The notes beneath the pieces are model-generated. The model saw only the letters and a program-made list of their open reading frames with translations, had not been told where the DNA came from and did not search any database. The position numbers and the translations under genes are program-made. This document shows positions 39,043 to 54,842 of a DNA stretch of 64,000 nt, piece by piece. The stretch's first letter is position 1; each line of letters starts with the position of its first letter. This DNA is from Trichoplax adhaerens (lineage: Eukaryota; Animalia; Placozoa), in NCBI RefSeq assembly GCF_000150275.1, contig NW_002060960.1, positions 758,469 to 822,468 on the forward strand, written 5' to 3'.

Positions 39043-40079
39043 ATACTATATTTAAATTCATTGCCCAATAACGTTTTCATTACCTCTAGGAATTAAAATA
39101 TTTTTAACAATTCATACAAACTATCTGAGTAATAACCCTGAAATTCAGGGTAAAGAATTTTCATTGCAAATGATTTATAAATTTTAAAAATAATGAAATC
39201 CTTCACAAAAGTTTTCTGGTCTGTAAATAAAATAATATTCATTTATGATACGACAACTATACGTATTTCGATTTCGTTACACGTTTCATACAGTACTGTA
39301 ATATCAAATAATCATATTAATTTACAATTAATATATTTTTGAAAGTTATCGAAATTTTAAATAATCTGGATCGCATTAGGTTAATAAATGGACGTATTGC
39401 AGTATATATGATGTGGTCATTGCTTCGTTTGTTGAAATCGTTAATATGTGCACCTACTACAATTAAAAGCTTACATTTTTTAGTCGAATAATGGGTATGA
39501 ACTAGCACATTGCAGGTACCTAGCATCAAAACTTGCAGGCTGACAATAATAATCTTTCTATTATAATGGTATTAATTCAGATATGGTAGCATTCCATACT
39601 GTTACCTCTACATATCCATTTAATTAAAATTTACATAAATATCAATCCAAATAGACTTTTCAGACTATAATTACAGTGAATACTCTCATGTAGAGTTAAC
39701 CGAAGCAGCTTTGTTTTAAGCAAAATGGCTTATCAACTATAACATTCTATTTTATATATTTTACAATGCTACATTATATTACCTCATTACTACATCACCA
39801 GATTCCATAACTTCAGATATCCACGACTATAAATAATATGAATTGTGACCACTGGAAGTATAATTGTATTACTAAAAAGAGAGTAATAGAGAGTAAAGTG
39901 TAGTGATAAATTGAAGATGTTTGTACTAAGTGGAAGCTAGAATAGGCCTAAGATAGTCTAATTCAATATAAAGGTAGGAGAGTAAAATTATCGTTAGCTT
40001 ACGATCAATACTGATAGTATGCATATAGAAGGAGGAGCAAGATACCTGAGCAGCTGGTATAATCAAGTCTTAGTAGCGG

Positions 40080-41860
40080 AGGAATGATTAGCTTAGAAGG
40101 ATTCGTTCCCAAATAGTTATGCTTAGGTTACAAAAAATTGTAAAAAGAACTACTACATATCGATTCGAAATTCTTAAGCAATAAACTCATCAACTACTAA
40201 TAGATGAAAGTACAGTAGTTTATTTGGGCTGAGAATGGTCAATTCTTAGTATTGACGGTAATATTTACATTTGAAGGATTAAATTGCGTAGTACCGTTGC
40301 TAAAGCTGCATTATTACTCTCGGATTCAGCATTTGTTCACGTTTGTAGATCTGCGAAGGTAACTTTGACTTTAGTTATATTGCTTGTTCCAATTTTATAT
40401 TCTTATTATATCAGCTAAAATTAAAAATCTTTTCGTGATTGCTAAAACTTAGCTCGAGAAAGAAGCTACTTTCAGTCCAAACTTAACGTCAACGTAAATT
40501 CTTTCTAGCCCCTTGAATGGTTTATGTGAAATGTAAAAAATTGATCAACAGGCGTTTATCTGAATTCCTGGCAAATTTAGAAAGCCGGTTATACTAATTT
40601 TGAAAGTAGATAGCTGTCTAATTCTCATTTTTCTATATGAATCCAAAACGCTTATATACGTTATTAAAGAAAGCTTAGCCGATATTCTACGTTATTCCTA
40701 TATAAAAATTAGGGGATAAATTATAAATAGCTAATGAGAAGTTAATTATTTGGAAATAGTAAATCATGGCTAGGCAAATTTCTTTAAACAAAAAACAAAA
40801 AAACAAAAACCTACCGAAAACTTTTTGATAAAGAAGAAATTCGATTATACCTGGCAGATACATTCTAATATAAGAAAAAGGAGAGATTAGCTATTTAGTA
40901 AAAGCTCAATCACGTATTCTCGTATGCCAATTTGATGTGTAAACTTATACTACGTTTTTTGTGTCCATATTAACCGATTTCGATTAATAAACATTCATTG
41001 TGATTAGAAAGATTAATTTTTTATCCCAGTTTTTGAGTACTTGAACGCGAGAAAATTTTTAAAAGTTTGGAAACTCTTAAAATTACAATGAATAGTAATT
41101 AAATTTCTAAATGCAGGTTTATTTCATCCGTATTCTGACTCTTTTAAAATTATCATCAATCACATAAAATTACTACTTTTAGATAAGTAAATGAGTTACC
41201 CAACTTTCGCCAGCTTTGCGGAAAATTTGTAATTGAGATTTGCAACCAGGCGATTACTATTGAATATTTGTAGGTATTCATTTCTAGTTCAGAGACTGGC
41301 GGCATTTTTATCCAGATTTGACGATTTAGTACTATTGGAGTGCCATGATTGGCATTTATTTTACGACAAAATTATTATCAACTTTTTTATCGAACGATGA
41401 TTTGGTAAATAAGAAGTATAGTTTAGAGGGGGTTGTAACCATATTGAGTTTCAAATTATGTATGGTATACAGGTACAGCATACCTAAAATGTAAATTTTA
41501 ATTTAAAAGTTTTGCCTCAGCTCAAATGGCCTATTATGTTCAAGCACTTTGTGTTCATTTCTTCGTTATACAGATATTAAGCTACCATCAATCTATCTTG
41601 AATTAAGTATCTAAGATCCACATCAATAAATTTCGCGGTAGGGTGTTAATTTTATTCCTTACATGAAATCAAGGACGCGTAATATATTGAAATAGATGGT
41701 AATCTCCAATGAAAGTAATTCAGTCACGTATGTTAATAAAAATTATAACAGGGCATTAGTGTCAGTTTGTGGAGCTTTCTGTCTGATCATTGATGGCGTA
41801 CAGTTTTCACAAGATACCAAAATTCTCGCCATACTAATTTTGGAAGTAATATATCTTTTT
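40080..41860 (+). pseudogene. Decayed LRR exons
   Basis: ILSIDGN/TFEGLN across a frameshift (40242-40284); KEATFSPNLTST*ILS (~40459); DSFKIIINHIKLLLLDK/NELPNF...IEYL (41117-41270, after a tgcag acceptor); CGAF...KILAILIL (41768-41845). All fit the extracellular LRR consensus LxxLxLxxNxIxxIxxxxFxxL but are broken by stops or indels. Confidence 0.45.
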
Positions 41861-44800
41861 AACGAAATTTATATTACATGTCAGATGCAGTAAATATTTT
41901 ATTGAATTTAAAGCTTACCAAATACTAATTTCTAGTTTTAGTTGATTGATTTGATTGAACTATTCTACATAATCGTGTATATTATATGTAAGGTTTCCTG
42001 GCATTGTTATTTAAGTCTTACTAAGCATTCATCGAATCGGTTTATCGTCGTATTGATTAAATCTACCCTTTGATTATAATATAGAGTTATCAATCAAAGC
42101 TTGGCATATCGTTAGATTTTATCCTCAATCAATCACGTAGTAAAGTTATATAGAACTGTTACGACCTAGTTTGTCCCTTAGAGAATTGGTATAAAAAATA
42201 TTAATCGAATGTATTACTTTGAACGTTTTCATATTTGTTAATAATACTAGTTTTAAAGGCATAATTTCAGACAGGTATTTGCTGCTAATTATCTTACAAT
42301 AAATATCTTGCAGCTGATATTCAGTTTTCGGCACTTTCCATTATACGATTGGCTTGCGTGGCCTTTGTATGCTAATGAGAATGACTGCATGAAATTGATC
42401 ATAACAAGACGATCTTGTGGTAATATAATCGGTAACTACGTCTGAGGGTATGGTATAAAAGTGAGCTTAAATAACCACTAGAAAATTCCAATAACCAAAG
42501 TTAAAGTATATAATATAAATTGTTTAGAATGAATTTATGGGGCTATTTATCTACATGATTTTTCCAAAGACTAAAGTGACTGTTAAGAATTTTCGTGCAT
42601 CTAAATAGTTACTCAACTAGGCTATTTCTTTTTCTTTTTTTATTTGAATTCTTGATAATATAATAATTTACACTATTCTATTAAGATGTGATCATAAATT
42701 GAATTTGATCTCAAACAATCATACAATAAGCTCGCGAATAGATAAAAATTAAGATCGGAAAGTTGCTTAAATAAGGTTAGCTTATTTATTCCTTTCCGAT
42801 GATCAGATCAATAGAAAAGAATGTTCGATGTATATTAGAAATTCAATCTATAAAGTCTATATAATGTTCTAGATATTTCAGAGTAATATTATAATTGAAA
42901 CGGACTTGTCTTACTAGATTAACATATATTAAGCTATACTTAAGATATGCTCTTACAAAATGTATACCTAGTTTAAAAATGGATAATCCCATTATGTGAT
43001 TTGGTTATGTACAATTTTACATCAAAGGAACTAAGCCCTGCCGATTAATTTTCATCACTAGATGAGTTATATGTACCCTATAATTGGATATCAGTAGTAT
43101 CAAAGTTATTGCATAGAATTTATTACGCTGAACTCTGCAGTAAGATGGTAAACTAGTTTTCTATTATGTAAAAATTAGACTACGCTTAGGAATAACTTTG
43201 TTTTGGATAGATAGCGAAGGAGATCTAATAATTATACTAGCGCATATGTTAAAAATAAAAATTAACTTCAATTAAACGGCAAGATTTATATTTTAATTCT
43301 TTTGATGTGATTTAGATAGCATATGATTCTAAGATCGTTATTTGGAGAGTAATTTCAGCGATGATTTATATTTGCATAGATTCTGAACTATGATATATCA
43401 TGACTTACTACAGTAAACTAATTATTTTATTACTGTATTTTATTTATTAAAGAAGAAGAATAATTAGCGCTGCTGATGATCTTATTTATTTCTTGACGAC
43501 ATAAAAAAAAGCTTACAGTCAATCGGTGGTATTTCATCACAACGAAATGATTATATGATGTTGAGCTATGATAAATAAATGATCTGACAGTCACAAATTT
43601 ATCGGAATATGTTTAGTAAAGATTATCTAAGGCTACCTTTATCGTAATATGGATTTTTGTCAGTCTTTGACGTAAATTATTCTCAGAAAATGAAAGATTC
43701 TATCTTAAAATTTACTGAATATAGTCATTAAATAGAAATTAACAATAGTTCTCAGAAACTTATACGCTTTCGAAATCGCATATAATTCTGTCAATTGACA
43801 TTAACGCATCACTGATATATATGCTCTACATTCAGCATTCATGAAATGACAAGCTTATAATTCTTGCATTCAACGTCTAAATCTCATTATATTACGACAT
43901 ATTGCTAACTATCGTAATCGCTGTTGCTTACTTTATTTAATACGAGTAGCATCACTTTACTATCATTTTTAAATTTACCGGATATGATACGAATTTATTA
44001 AAATGATATACTGATTCGAAGGATTTCTATGTTAAATTTTTACTTTTCTTCCTTTACGTAATCATGAGAATTACTGATATTGTTCTCATTAATCATCACC
44101 TTTACATTTATGTTCTATTATTCGATAGTGTATTATCTCACATTACTTCAAATTTAATTGTGAAAATGTTTTCATTATTGGCATAAAGTAATCTTTAGTA
44201 ACTACGAATCTCTTAACATTTTGAGCATAGACAATATGTCATTAATTTGATCTTATCTGTTCATCCTAAAAAAGAACATTCAGTGTTAACATGATTTCAG
44301 TAAAAATGATCAGATCTACGTTAAAAATTCTGTTTTCTAAAGTCGATAAACTTTCTTTAAGGATATTAAGTTAAACTTTATTGAAAAATGATTAACTTGT
44401 TTACTAAAATTTCAGGCCATGTATTTTGAGTATTCGTCAGTATTCTTACTATTTGAACAGAGAGGATATAATTAAAAGAGAATAAATAGGTCAATATTAT
44501 AAGTTGATATGGCTGACTGCTTCAAAATTTTTAAGGGTTATTGGAATTATGACAAATCCCATTATCATATATCGTATTTGATGCAATCAATACTGCATTA
44601 ATTCAAAATCTCTCTTAGTTGTCAATACTTTTATAAAATTTGCAAATACTGTATTTTAGCTAATATTTATTACCGGCCAATCGATCAATATTCAACATTA
44701 TATTTATAATTATAGTTTATTCGGCCATTGCTTTAACTAAAGATAGCTAGGCTTTTTATTCTTACTCTTATTTTTGTCTTTTACTCCGCCTTCCTAAATT

Positions 44801-47800
44801 GTAAAACTTATTTTTTGTTAAGGGAATTCTATATAGAGTCACAGTAGATTGTGAATATTGTTCATATCATCATGAAATAACCAACAAATAGTTTATATGG
44901 TAAAGGAAGAAAATGAAAATTTGTAAATAATACATGCCTTGAGGATATCATTCGTCAGAATGATAAGCCTACGACTACTAAAACTGTTAGGTTGATATAA
45001 ATTATTTACATATGTCAGAATTTCTCCGAATATTATAAATCAGTAACGAAATAAAGTATAGAAATTTTTATGTAACTAAAATCATAATATTAAGGCCTAA
45101 TTGTTAATTTACAGCGTGATGATATTAATAGTGTAAACTCATAATCGTGATCTGCATTTAAATTGACCTTGGTGCATTGTGTGAATTTCTTTAGCTGTAA
45201 TGCAATAAAGTTATCATTTAATCAAACTGATTGGGCATCGGTACTTCTTAAAACAGAAATTCTTTTAGTTAGATGTAGAGACTATTGAATTTAGATAATA
45301 AATTTCGACGGAAATATATTTCAATTGTTAGCATTAAAATTTCGATGGTAAAGAACTGAAAATAATTTGGCTCAAGAAATGTTTATTACTAGTATTACTA
45401 AAATACAGTTGGTAGATTTGATACATTACTTAGATTCATGTCCTTTTCGATTTTTATTTAAGCAAAAATCTATTCGGATGAGCTATATCGTGCGCATACT
45501 TTAAGGTGGATCTTTATTACGAAATAACAAGATTGCATTAATAATAATGTGCAATAGCCGATAACAAAGAAAAACAGAAATTTTATATCTTTCTGTCTGA
45601 AAGCATATCCAGGTTGATTAATCTATTTGCAGCGTTTTACCAGAAAATCTTTCTTACTGTTTTATCGTATTTCTTTAACTACTGGATTGTTACTCTTTGA
45701 ATAAATAGCAAGAACAATTATTATTTCAATTTAAATATCAAAATTTCAGTTATTGAGTCCGTAAGTTAATAATTTATTATTATGATAGGGTCATTATTAT
45801 GATGACGATAAACATTCGAAATATCTTCAACAGAAAAAGAGGTAGTTTGCTTAATTATGTTTATCATCTCAACTTTATAAAAATAAGAACTATCATGTAC
45901 CGTACAGATTCAATTATTAAATTCTTTTTATTCTTCTTTCACTATTTTCAAAGCGGATACATTAAAACGTTTAGTATTGTAATATGACTGTCAAAATTTC
46001 ACTTTTGCGACAAGGTAACGTGCAGTAAAAGTCTATAAGTAGCTACTGACTTAAACGCCATTTTACTTAACGTTAAATACACACAGCAAAGTACTGTAAA
46101 GATGAAACTTTTATTAGCAAAGATACATCGATAACTTCTTACCACACTTCTCAACTCAAATGTTCCCGTTTATATAGGAACCGTTTAATTTGTAAACAAC
46201 AACAGTATTATTATTATACCTTACTAGGAGAAACATCTCGAACTGAGATATTCCTTACATGGCTTTTCTATAAGTAAATATTTTGAATCTCTTGCTCATA
46301 CTTAATCTTAATCTAAGCTCGTAGGTTGTCTAATTCAACTATCATCAACTAGAACTTGAATCATCCTACTGCTATCTATCACATTATAACAATCAATATC
46401 AAATATGTAATGAACTATTAAAAACAACATCCACGTTAAGGCATTACTTATCGTACCTAGAACTACAAATATAGATATTTTCCATACTAGCTGCTACTGT
46501 ACTTATTAAACTATCCTAATAACAAGGCAACACCGTAACAATGGCACATTATTGTGTTAAGATAACGGCTTTGTTTCGTATGGCAATGCACGTCGTTTAA
46601 CTACGCAATATTAGTAAAAGATACGTTGAATTCGTATTTATATCTAAGCCCAGTTACAGTTTTAGTTTTTATTCCTGAATATATTAATATGACAATCAAG
46701 TAGATAATTGACTTTGCCTTAACAACTAATGAAATAGATTCGAGCGATTTCATAATGATTATGCTGGATACCAATTCCATTCTATGAATACAAGGTGCAC
46801 TAATTATGAAGAAGAAATAATAGCGATTATCTGTCAATCAAGAAATGAAGCTTATTCTTCAATTCAAGTTGATTCTTGACTGTATTGATTATTATTTATT
46901 TTTTTGCAAAATATATCAAGGCGGACGTGATGATCTTTACCTGTTTATCTTCTAAAAATACTTGCCTTTTAATTGATAGTCATTTTATAATACTTCCTCA
47001 TTATTTGCGCTCCTGTTTCTCTTATTGCATAGGTATAAGGCCACTTTAATAGGTTGTAGTAAATAATTGAAATACAAATTAGTGTCTACGATTAGCCTAA
47101 AACGCTTTAACCTTTTTTGATATACCTCTTGAATTATTAAGATTCACAGTAAACAAATCATAATAATACATAAACATCTTTAGCTTCAATACTACCTTGA
47201 ACAGCTGCTAAGATTTAATTGATAAAAATGATAATTGTAACTTTAATTTGATCTTCTATTAGCTATACAAATGTCGAAATTGATCGAATAGAGATTTTAA
47301 ACATAGATTAAGGGTAAATATCTTGAATACATTGATATCTATTTATTAGTGATAGAATTTAAATTTCGATTAGTAAATTCTTATTGCCGCAGTCATCTCG
47401 TTTATATGAAGCAAATATTGCCTAACCGAATTTGTATCATTTTAAAGCGGTATTGATAATGTAGTTGACTCTTTCTTTCCTAGTTAAATTTATGACCAAT
47501 CGCTTTCTTGATGATTTGATATTATTATGCAGCAGTATTTGACTTTTATTACTTGATATTTCACAGTTTCGCTACTGTATCTCCAATTTACTATTGTATC
47601 GATATCAATGCGAATCTGATAAATGATGTATTATCTCTTGGATGTATACTTAAGGTGTACTTCATATTCTTGTTCAGATTACAAAACCTCTCACGTAGTA
47701 ATATCAGAAAGTATATAGGATTATTATTAAATATTGCTTTGGATGATTGTGAATTATTATTGACTACCGCATTAAAGAAATACGATCTTCGCAAATCATC

Positions 47801-50800
47801 CTTATTTTCATTAAATTGTACTTATTACAAAAAATTGGTTTATCAGTCAACAATCTTTAAATTCCAGGAATTCAGTCTTAGATTATTCGCGTGAAGACAT
47901 ATCTTGGTTTAGAAATGTAAGCATGAAAATTTAAATTTTAGATAGCTTATCGTCATTAGCAGATTATCACTTTAACTCCTTTATTGTGCAGTAATTACAT
48001 AAGTTCAGACGATCATTCTCATTTGCCGTAATGTGAATAATAAATGAAATTTTATTTTATGGCAATTTATAAGCTGCTATATCTTGATAATAAATTTACT
48101 ATCTCTTGGCTATAATTTTGTGAATTAATAATGAAGGTTTAAGGATTTAATTTTCACTACATAATTATGTTTTGAAAGTTTGCTACACTAATTATAGACT
48201 AAGTTTCTATTTACATAATACGATAGGAAAAATCTCAGAATTTCTTATCTTTTTGACATAGAACTTAGAGAATTTTAGTCAGTGATGATGCATTTCAAGT
48301 CAAGTCGCAAAATAAATAAGTACGGAGTATTAATAATCATCGATTATAAATTCTCATTTTTTGCGATGTGTTTTAGTCTTAACATTTTTCTTCTCGTCTC
48401 ATTCTGATTAAATGCATTAAACAAGTTATTATTTATTCCGATGACTATATCTATTAATTTGATGGGGTAGCTAAAGTGATGGTAGTAACTGATGTTTAGA
48501 ATGCATTAAAGTTTACTTGACTTGATTTGGTATTATACTGTCTGAATTAAATTCTAACGCCAGTTTTCTAGATAAGAATGTATATCTTCAATTTTAAGGA
48601 ATAATTTCATAAATTTCAAGCAAAACTTGGCTCCATAAAAGTAGCACACTAATGTGAAAATACACGGGTAAATAAAACCGCAGATAAAAAGAACTCATTG
48701 ATTTATTCATCTGCAATGGGATAATCATACAGGAATAATTTTAATCCTTCCAACCGTATTAAACGAAACAATACTGTTAAATGATCGCCTAAATTGCGCT
48801 AATTTAAACTATGAAATTGAGCTGTCACAAAACAGCTTTGCAACAAGATAACGTAATACACGATCAATAAGTCAATTCCTTAAACCGCGTATCAAGGAAC
48901 GATATCTGCACTATCACAAACACTTTTGCTCTACTAGCAGACTACACAAAGACTTAAACGCCTTGTATTTTACGTTAAACACAAAGTTTGAGAATCCACT
49001 TTATTACACGATATACTACATTTATATACTCTTCCGCAATAGTTCATGAGTCATAGTTAGTACAATTAACTTTGGAATCATTTACTGAATTAGATATTAA
49101 TTTAAGCTACTGCTCCCTTAATACAGACAGCAGTATTTACGAACATAGACATCTGATGACTAATACAGAACAGTCAGATTACGATATGTCCTATCACGGA
49201 ACATTTCCACGATAATTTACAACCTACCATAAGTCAGTTATAATCACAATGATTCGAACTGTAAGTAGATAATTTGCATTCCCTATTATAACTATTAATT
49301 TCAGTATGTGTATCTATGTCACTGTCATAAAAAGTCCGTGCTGTATTAAAACACAGTATATCCAAATTAGAAGTTAACTAAATAAGGATAGGCTAACAGA
49401 ATTATCCTAACAGTAGATATTTCTACCATAATACAGTATATAACACTGCCACATGAACTCTGTTCTATGCCCCCAGAAATTAATAAAATTTATTTTCTGT
49501 TATAAAATATGATTAAAATTTGATAAAGAAATGTATGGTGGTCAGTATTTTTCCTGATCCAGTTAATTATTCGATATAAAATCCTCTACAATAGTTAAAT
49601 ATCGTTTTAATATTAAATTTTACTCCAAATTTCAGGTAATTTCAAAATTTTAGTAACTTTCATTTATAGCTATATTTTGTCAGTTAGGATTTCGAAATAA
49701 ATTTACCTCAATATTTTACACTTAATCAATAATCCATGAATAGCTGTTTTGATTTACTAGCATACGGGTAAAATATTGCTATAAAAAATTAGCAGAAGTC
49801 AGTTTAAGTTAATTGTAAATGTATGAGCTAGATATACATATATATATAACATTGTTCTAGCTGAATTAAATTTTCAATTATCAGTTATACAATTTTACGC
49901 CAATTTCCCAGAGATAATTACTATTATATGAATTTATATCGATAGAGCTGCATGAAATAATGTTAATCAGCAATCTAGACTCGCGTGATTTATGATTATA
50001 ATAATTTGAATAGTGAGAATATTCTTTCTATTAAAGGCTTATCTTGGTTCCATTTTCTTATTTTTTCTTTATTCTGATGTACGATGTATCTGAAATCGTT
50101 AAAGGATAAATACCACGTATCGCTCACGTATATATCTTACTTAAAGATGATCTGTTATGGCTCATACCGGAAATGGCGTTATTATCGATGCCGGTAGTTT
50201 ATCATCCGGATACAATATTAACGGCTTTCGTGTCATAGTTATATCTGTGTGAAGCTGCATTATACTTTCTTAACATTCCATAAGCAATTTCATCTTTCTG
50301 TTTCTACTCTATTGATTCTAGGCAGAAAAATCATTATTTAGATCCAATATTAACGAAAATAAAGCATATATGCACAATTAATGTATAATCTAAGAGCTAG
50401 GTGTATGCTTTCATTCAATTTAAATTTCATTTGTGATCTGTTTATTTTTGACACGGTCAAAAATCGATTTATTACATCGCGTGTTCTGTTTCCCAACTAA
50501 TATGACCTTGTTACTGAGCAAAGCACCGTACGTGCTAATTAAACAGATTTTGTTAGTATTTAGCAGCTAATGGATCATATTAATAAAAACTATACTAATC
50601 TTTTAGAACAGTCTTATCCCTGTGTGACCGTAAGTAGTATAGAGCTACCACAGGTGTAGTGGAGCAAGGCATAAGTAATCTATTAGTTTAGTGTAGTAGT
50701 TCACAACATAAGTTTGTGACAGACCGATTCTGATTTTTTTGAGTCTTTTCAAATATCTGTAGCATTCCTAGCATTACAGCTGACGATGAAATCGTAAATT

Positions 50801-53800
50801 GCCTCTAAATTAATCAAGTTAAGATTTAGACTTTCATATGTTCCACCTGTTCTTTATTTCTCACGGGAATTTTAACTAAACACAACGTCGAAACTATGGC
50901 TGAGATCAAAGTTTTATTTTAGTGCTCAACACAGTTACTATGTATCAATTATTTATCTTGCTGTATGAATAAGGATAAATAACAACGTTCTGTACCTTAA
51001 AAATTAACTTAAAGAATCATTTGAACTTGTCAATGTCCGGTATTTGTTTTGAAGATATTGAATAGATCAATGGATTGAATCTCGCCATTCAACATAAAAT
51101 TTAATTAAGATTCTGGTAGTTATTCTTCCTGCTGTCTTAATGCAACTATGACTACGATTTAAATATTTAACGTAAACATCTGATGCAACTTAAAACTAAA
51201 TGTAATGTTGTTATTGGTATAACTAAACATTGTAAGGTTGCGAGGCCTGCAGTTATCTCGTTTTGCTACCCATGGAATTTATATCTTATTGCTACAGTTT
51301 TACCTCCTTTTCCTTCCTAACTGTGAAGAAACGATAGTTATGGAGACCATTTAGTGTAAGCATACGTAGCTAATTAAACTAGCGGCTTAAGAAAACATTC
51401 GACATAATAGACGGGTTGTAAATGAAATATAATATACTACTAATGACTTTGTAATGTTCATCATTTTCATTTCTAAGCTACAAAGGATTTATGTATCTTT
51501 GCTCTTCATTTTCTCAAGTAACGACAGCTAAATGACCCTAATAATTCGGAGTTAATAGTTTATAATAGTTTAAGCATTATACAGAACACAACAAAACAAA
51601 AAAATTATACAACAAGGACCAGCTGTAGTAATTCTGGTTATCATTAACGAACTTAAGAAAAATGGTAACTTTACGGGAAAGTATGAGTATAAGACATTAT
51701 TGCCGTAGTATGTGATTTAAGGCTAAGAGTACATAATCCATTATTAACTTTGGACTATTTGTCAAACGTTCAAGGCCAGAATTTTGAAATTTTCACATTC
51801 TTACATTTAGTAAATGATTAATTGCCATTCAATGGTGTAGAATACTGTCATTATGCTAATTTTAAAATACGTATAATGCTGATGACCTTGGAGTTGTACC
51901 TTAAAATTGTTTAATGCTTCATTGCGGTACGTTGCTTAAATGCTGATAATCTATTTCATATTCAATTCGATATGTCTAATTGTGGTATGAGTAAAGTAAA
52001 GGAAAAATTAGCGTTAGTGATAGCTTAAGTATTCTCATCCATCAATAGACTTAATAAATAACTCTTTATGAAAACGGTAATTGGATTAATTAAATCAGAA
52101 ATGAATATATTTTCTATCATAATACGGAGCAATTTCCTGTAAGAAAATAGAATGCTGTTGTAAACATTTATCACCCAATGGATCGTGTAGATTAAGTATC
52201 CCAGTTCCGAATATAGTATGACCTTCATTTTGCCTATTTCATACATACACACACCTAACTGGAAAATGGTAAAAACTAATTAACTAATGGCGCTCTAGTT
52301 CAGAACTGTGTAAGTATTCATAATATGCAAAAGTATAGCAAATAGCTAGTCGATCGAGAAATTTATTTATGGCTTATCGGTAATATGAACATATAAGCAA
52401 GTGTACAAGTGTAAATAGCAAGGCCCTAGCAGCTATGCTGAGAGATATATGTAAATATTGCTGTCGATACAGATTATAATTATTTATCATCTCTGTTCAA
52501 TTTTTATGGATCCACCATAACAACAGTGACTTTAGCGGAAGAATGTTTCCTCTACGCTTTTGACAGTGTCATAGCTGTCTAAGTGGTTATATAAACTATC
52601 TAGAACAACCTTCCTAGATAGACTCAAAAGAACGGTCGCAAAAAGTACCGCTTACTTTAGGTTACGACTTTATTTTAGTAGTTCTTACTAGCAATCTATA
52701 ACAAAAAGAAAAAGCAAAAACTACCAACAGCAACTAGCTTTTATACTTAGACTTAGAATAAGATGGCATAAAGCAGGTGAACAACTGACATTCAATCGAA
52801 AGAGGTCAGTGCCGCTATAGCTTACAAACATGACAGATTGTAACTTAGCCAAACTGCATTATTAACTTAAGTACTACAAGAAAAGATTACAATTTAAAAA
52901 ATATAGCTCTTAGTATGAGCTAGCAAGAATTCCTGTCTGAACATTTATCTTATCTAAGGCCATTTAATATTACTGACAGAATTCCTATTACATCCGCTTA
53001 ATGACTCAATCGGCATACGTATCTTAATTTATAGACTTACATGATCATGATGAAAGAACTACTAAATCAAAACCTTAATATCGGAAATGTATTTACGTAA
53101 CAGGAAGATTATATTCTATTAGTCGTCTACTTTCATCTATAGAAACCTTAAACTGTCTTTGTAAGCTTGAGCATATGACTGATATGAATCAGTTTGAGTG
53201 TTAGATTTACGCTTTTAGCATTGTCTACAATCTTTAGAAGTTGAAATTCTGCCATTATCAATACTAAAAGAATTAGGTTAAAGGTCAAATGTTTTATAGA
53301 CTGGCCGAAACGAACAGACTTAAATTAAATTGGCCAAGGATAGATGTATCGCAGACTATCGCCGTTATTATTTTTATGCTTTAATATTGAATTTGTCTTC
53401 ATTTCAACAAAAATCTAAAATCTACGAGAATATCACTTATAAACAACTGGCAAGAATCGGCAGCCCAGGCAATTTTTGTAAGATGTTTAATTTTACATTT
53501 TACAACTTGCGCAGCAGCCCGACAAATGAACGATTAAAACAACTTTGACTTCTGTTATAGCAACTTTTCTTTTAAAAATGCTATGAGACACCGGCATTCA
53601 TTGATTAACCACCGATTTAATTTTTCCCTATATAGCATCAATATCTGCAAATTCTAATCTTAGCTTACGATAATAGCAATAATATTGACCGTCAATATCA
53701 AATATAGTATGGTGTAGCATGTCTGTGTTACCCAATCCGTTGCACTTGATAAAATACTGATAGCAACTAATTTATTATGACCATGTTTGATTTTATTTTA

Positions 53801-54842
53801 ATGGCACGCGTCTTCCTTGGTTTTGTGCTAAAGTCTGAGAATAGAAGCAATTGCTGCAGATTGTTTTAGCTTAATGTAGCTTTGTAAAATCTTTATATAC
53901 ATACCTACCAATGTCAACTTTTAATAACTCTATAATTACAATGAAGATTCAACCGTATTCTAAAAAATCAAAAATTTCATAATACATGGATCAGCAATCA
54001 AGATTTTCTTATTGATTCAGATCATGGAATTTTCTTAGAATAAGGTCAGATGATCGCTTTGGATTGTATTTCCGACTAAAATTCTTGATTATATTAGGTA
54101 CCAATGCCCTAAGATATTCAATTATTCTATAAAAGTAATTACTCTGATTACAATGGATCTGACACTGATAATGATCCACTTTTCTTGTCAGTTTTCAGTA
54201 ATTTCCTGTTTACTTTAATACGGAAAACGTGACTCTTAATTTTAAGCGACTAAGTTAATTAATTTCAAGATGATCGAAATAAAATAACATAGCGAGTGAA
54301 GACATTTTCCTGTTTATATTTGTAGCTGCTCGTCAGTTTTTGACAGTAGTTGGCCTGCTGTTAATTAATCTATTCAGTGCTAAATTTGCTAAAGCTGGTT
54401 CGTTTTGAGTAATTTTATTAACGTAATATTTCATCGAGATTTCAGATATGAATTTAATCAAGAATGAAAATGCTATTGAGACTGATTCTTTTATTGTCAG
54501 CGGATTATTAAAGATTGTAACCTTGACTGATATTATTGTATGATTCTAATTTATAGATTTCCTACAATTTATCGGAATATCTATAGGGGAGCAGCATCAA
54601 CTTTATAACTCTGAGCTTTCTGACTTGGCAGTATTATCCTCTTTCTTCGTCTTTTAAAATATTCGTTATTAATTCTTGGAATAAAACCATTGCTGTTATC
54701 CTATTAAATGTATTGCAAAGAACTGGATTAATCACTATTCCTTTATAGGGTGGGCTGTATAATTAGCCTCAGTTCTACTTTATCAAACTCATAATAAAAT
54801 AAACAATTTAAAGCGAAAAGATCTCAACGCCATTCTATCATC

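Noticed and set aside
39135-39151. ACCCTGAA-A-TTCAGGGT palindrome in the RINT1 3' region as a terminator or histone stem-loop
   Set aside because: It does not match the histone stem-loop consensus, and a normal AATAAA follows at ~39226.
46601-46837. 78-aa hydrophobic - strand ORF
   Set aside because: No family motif or joinable exons; its composition is as expected from AT-rich DNA.
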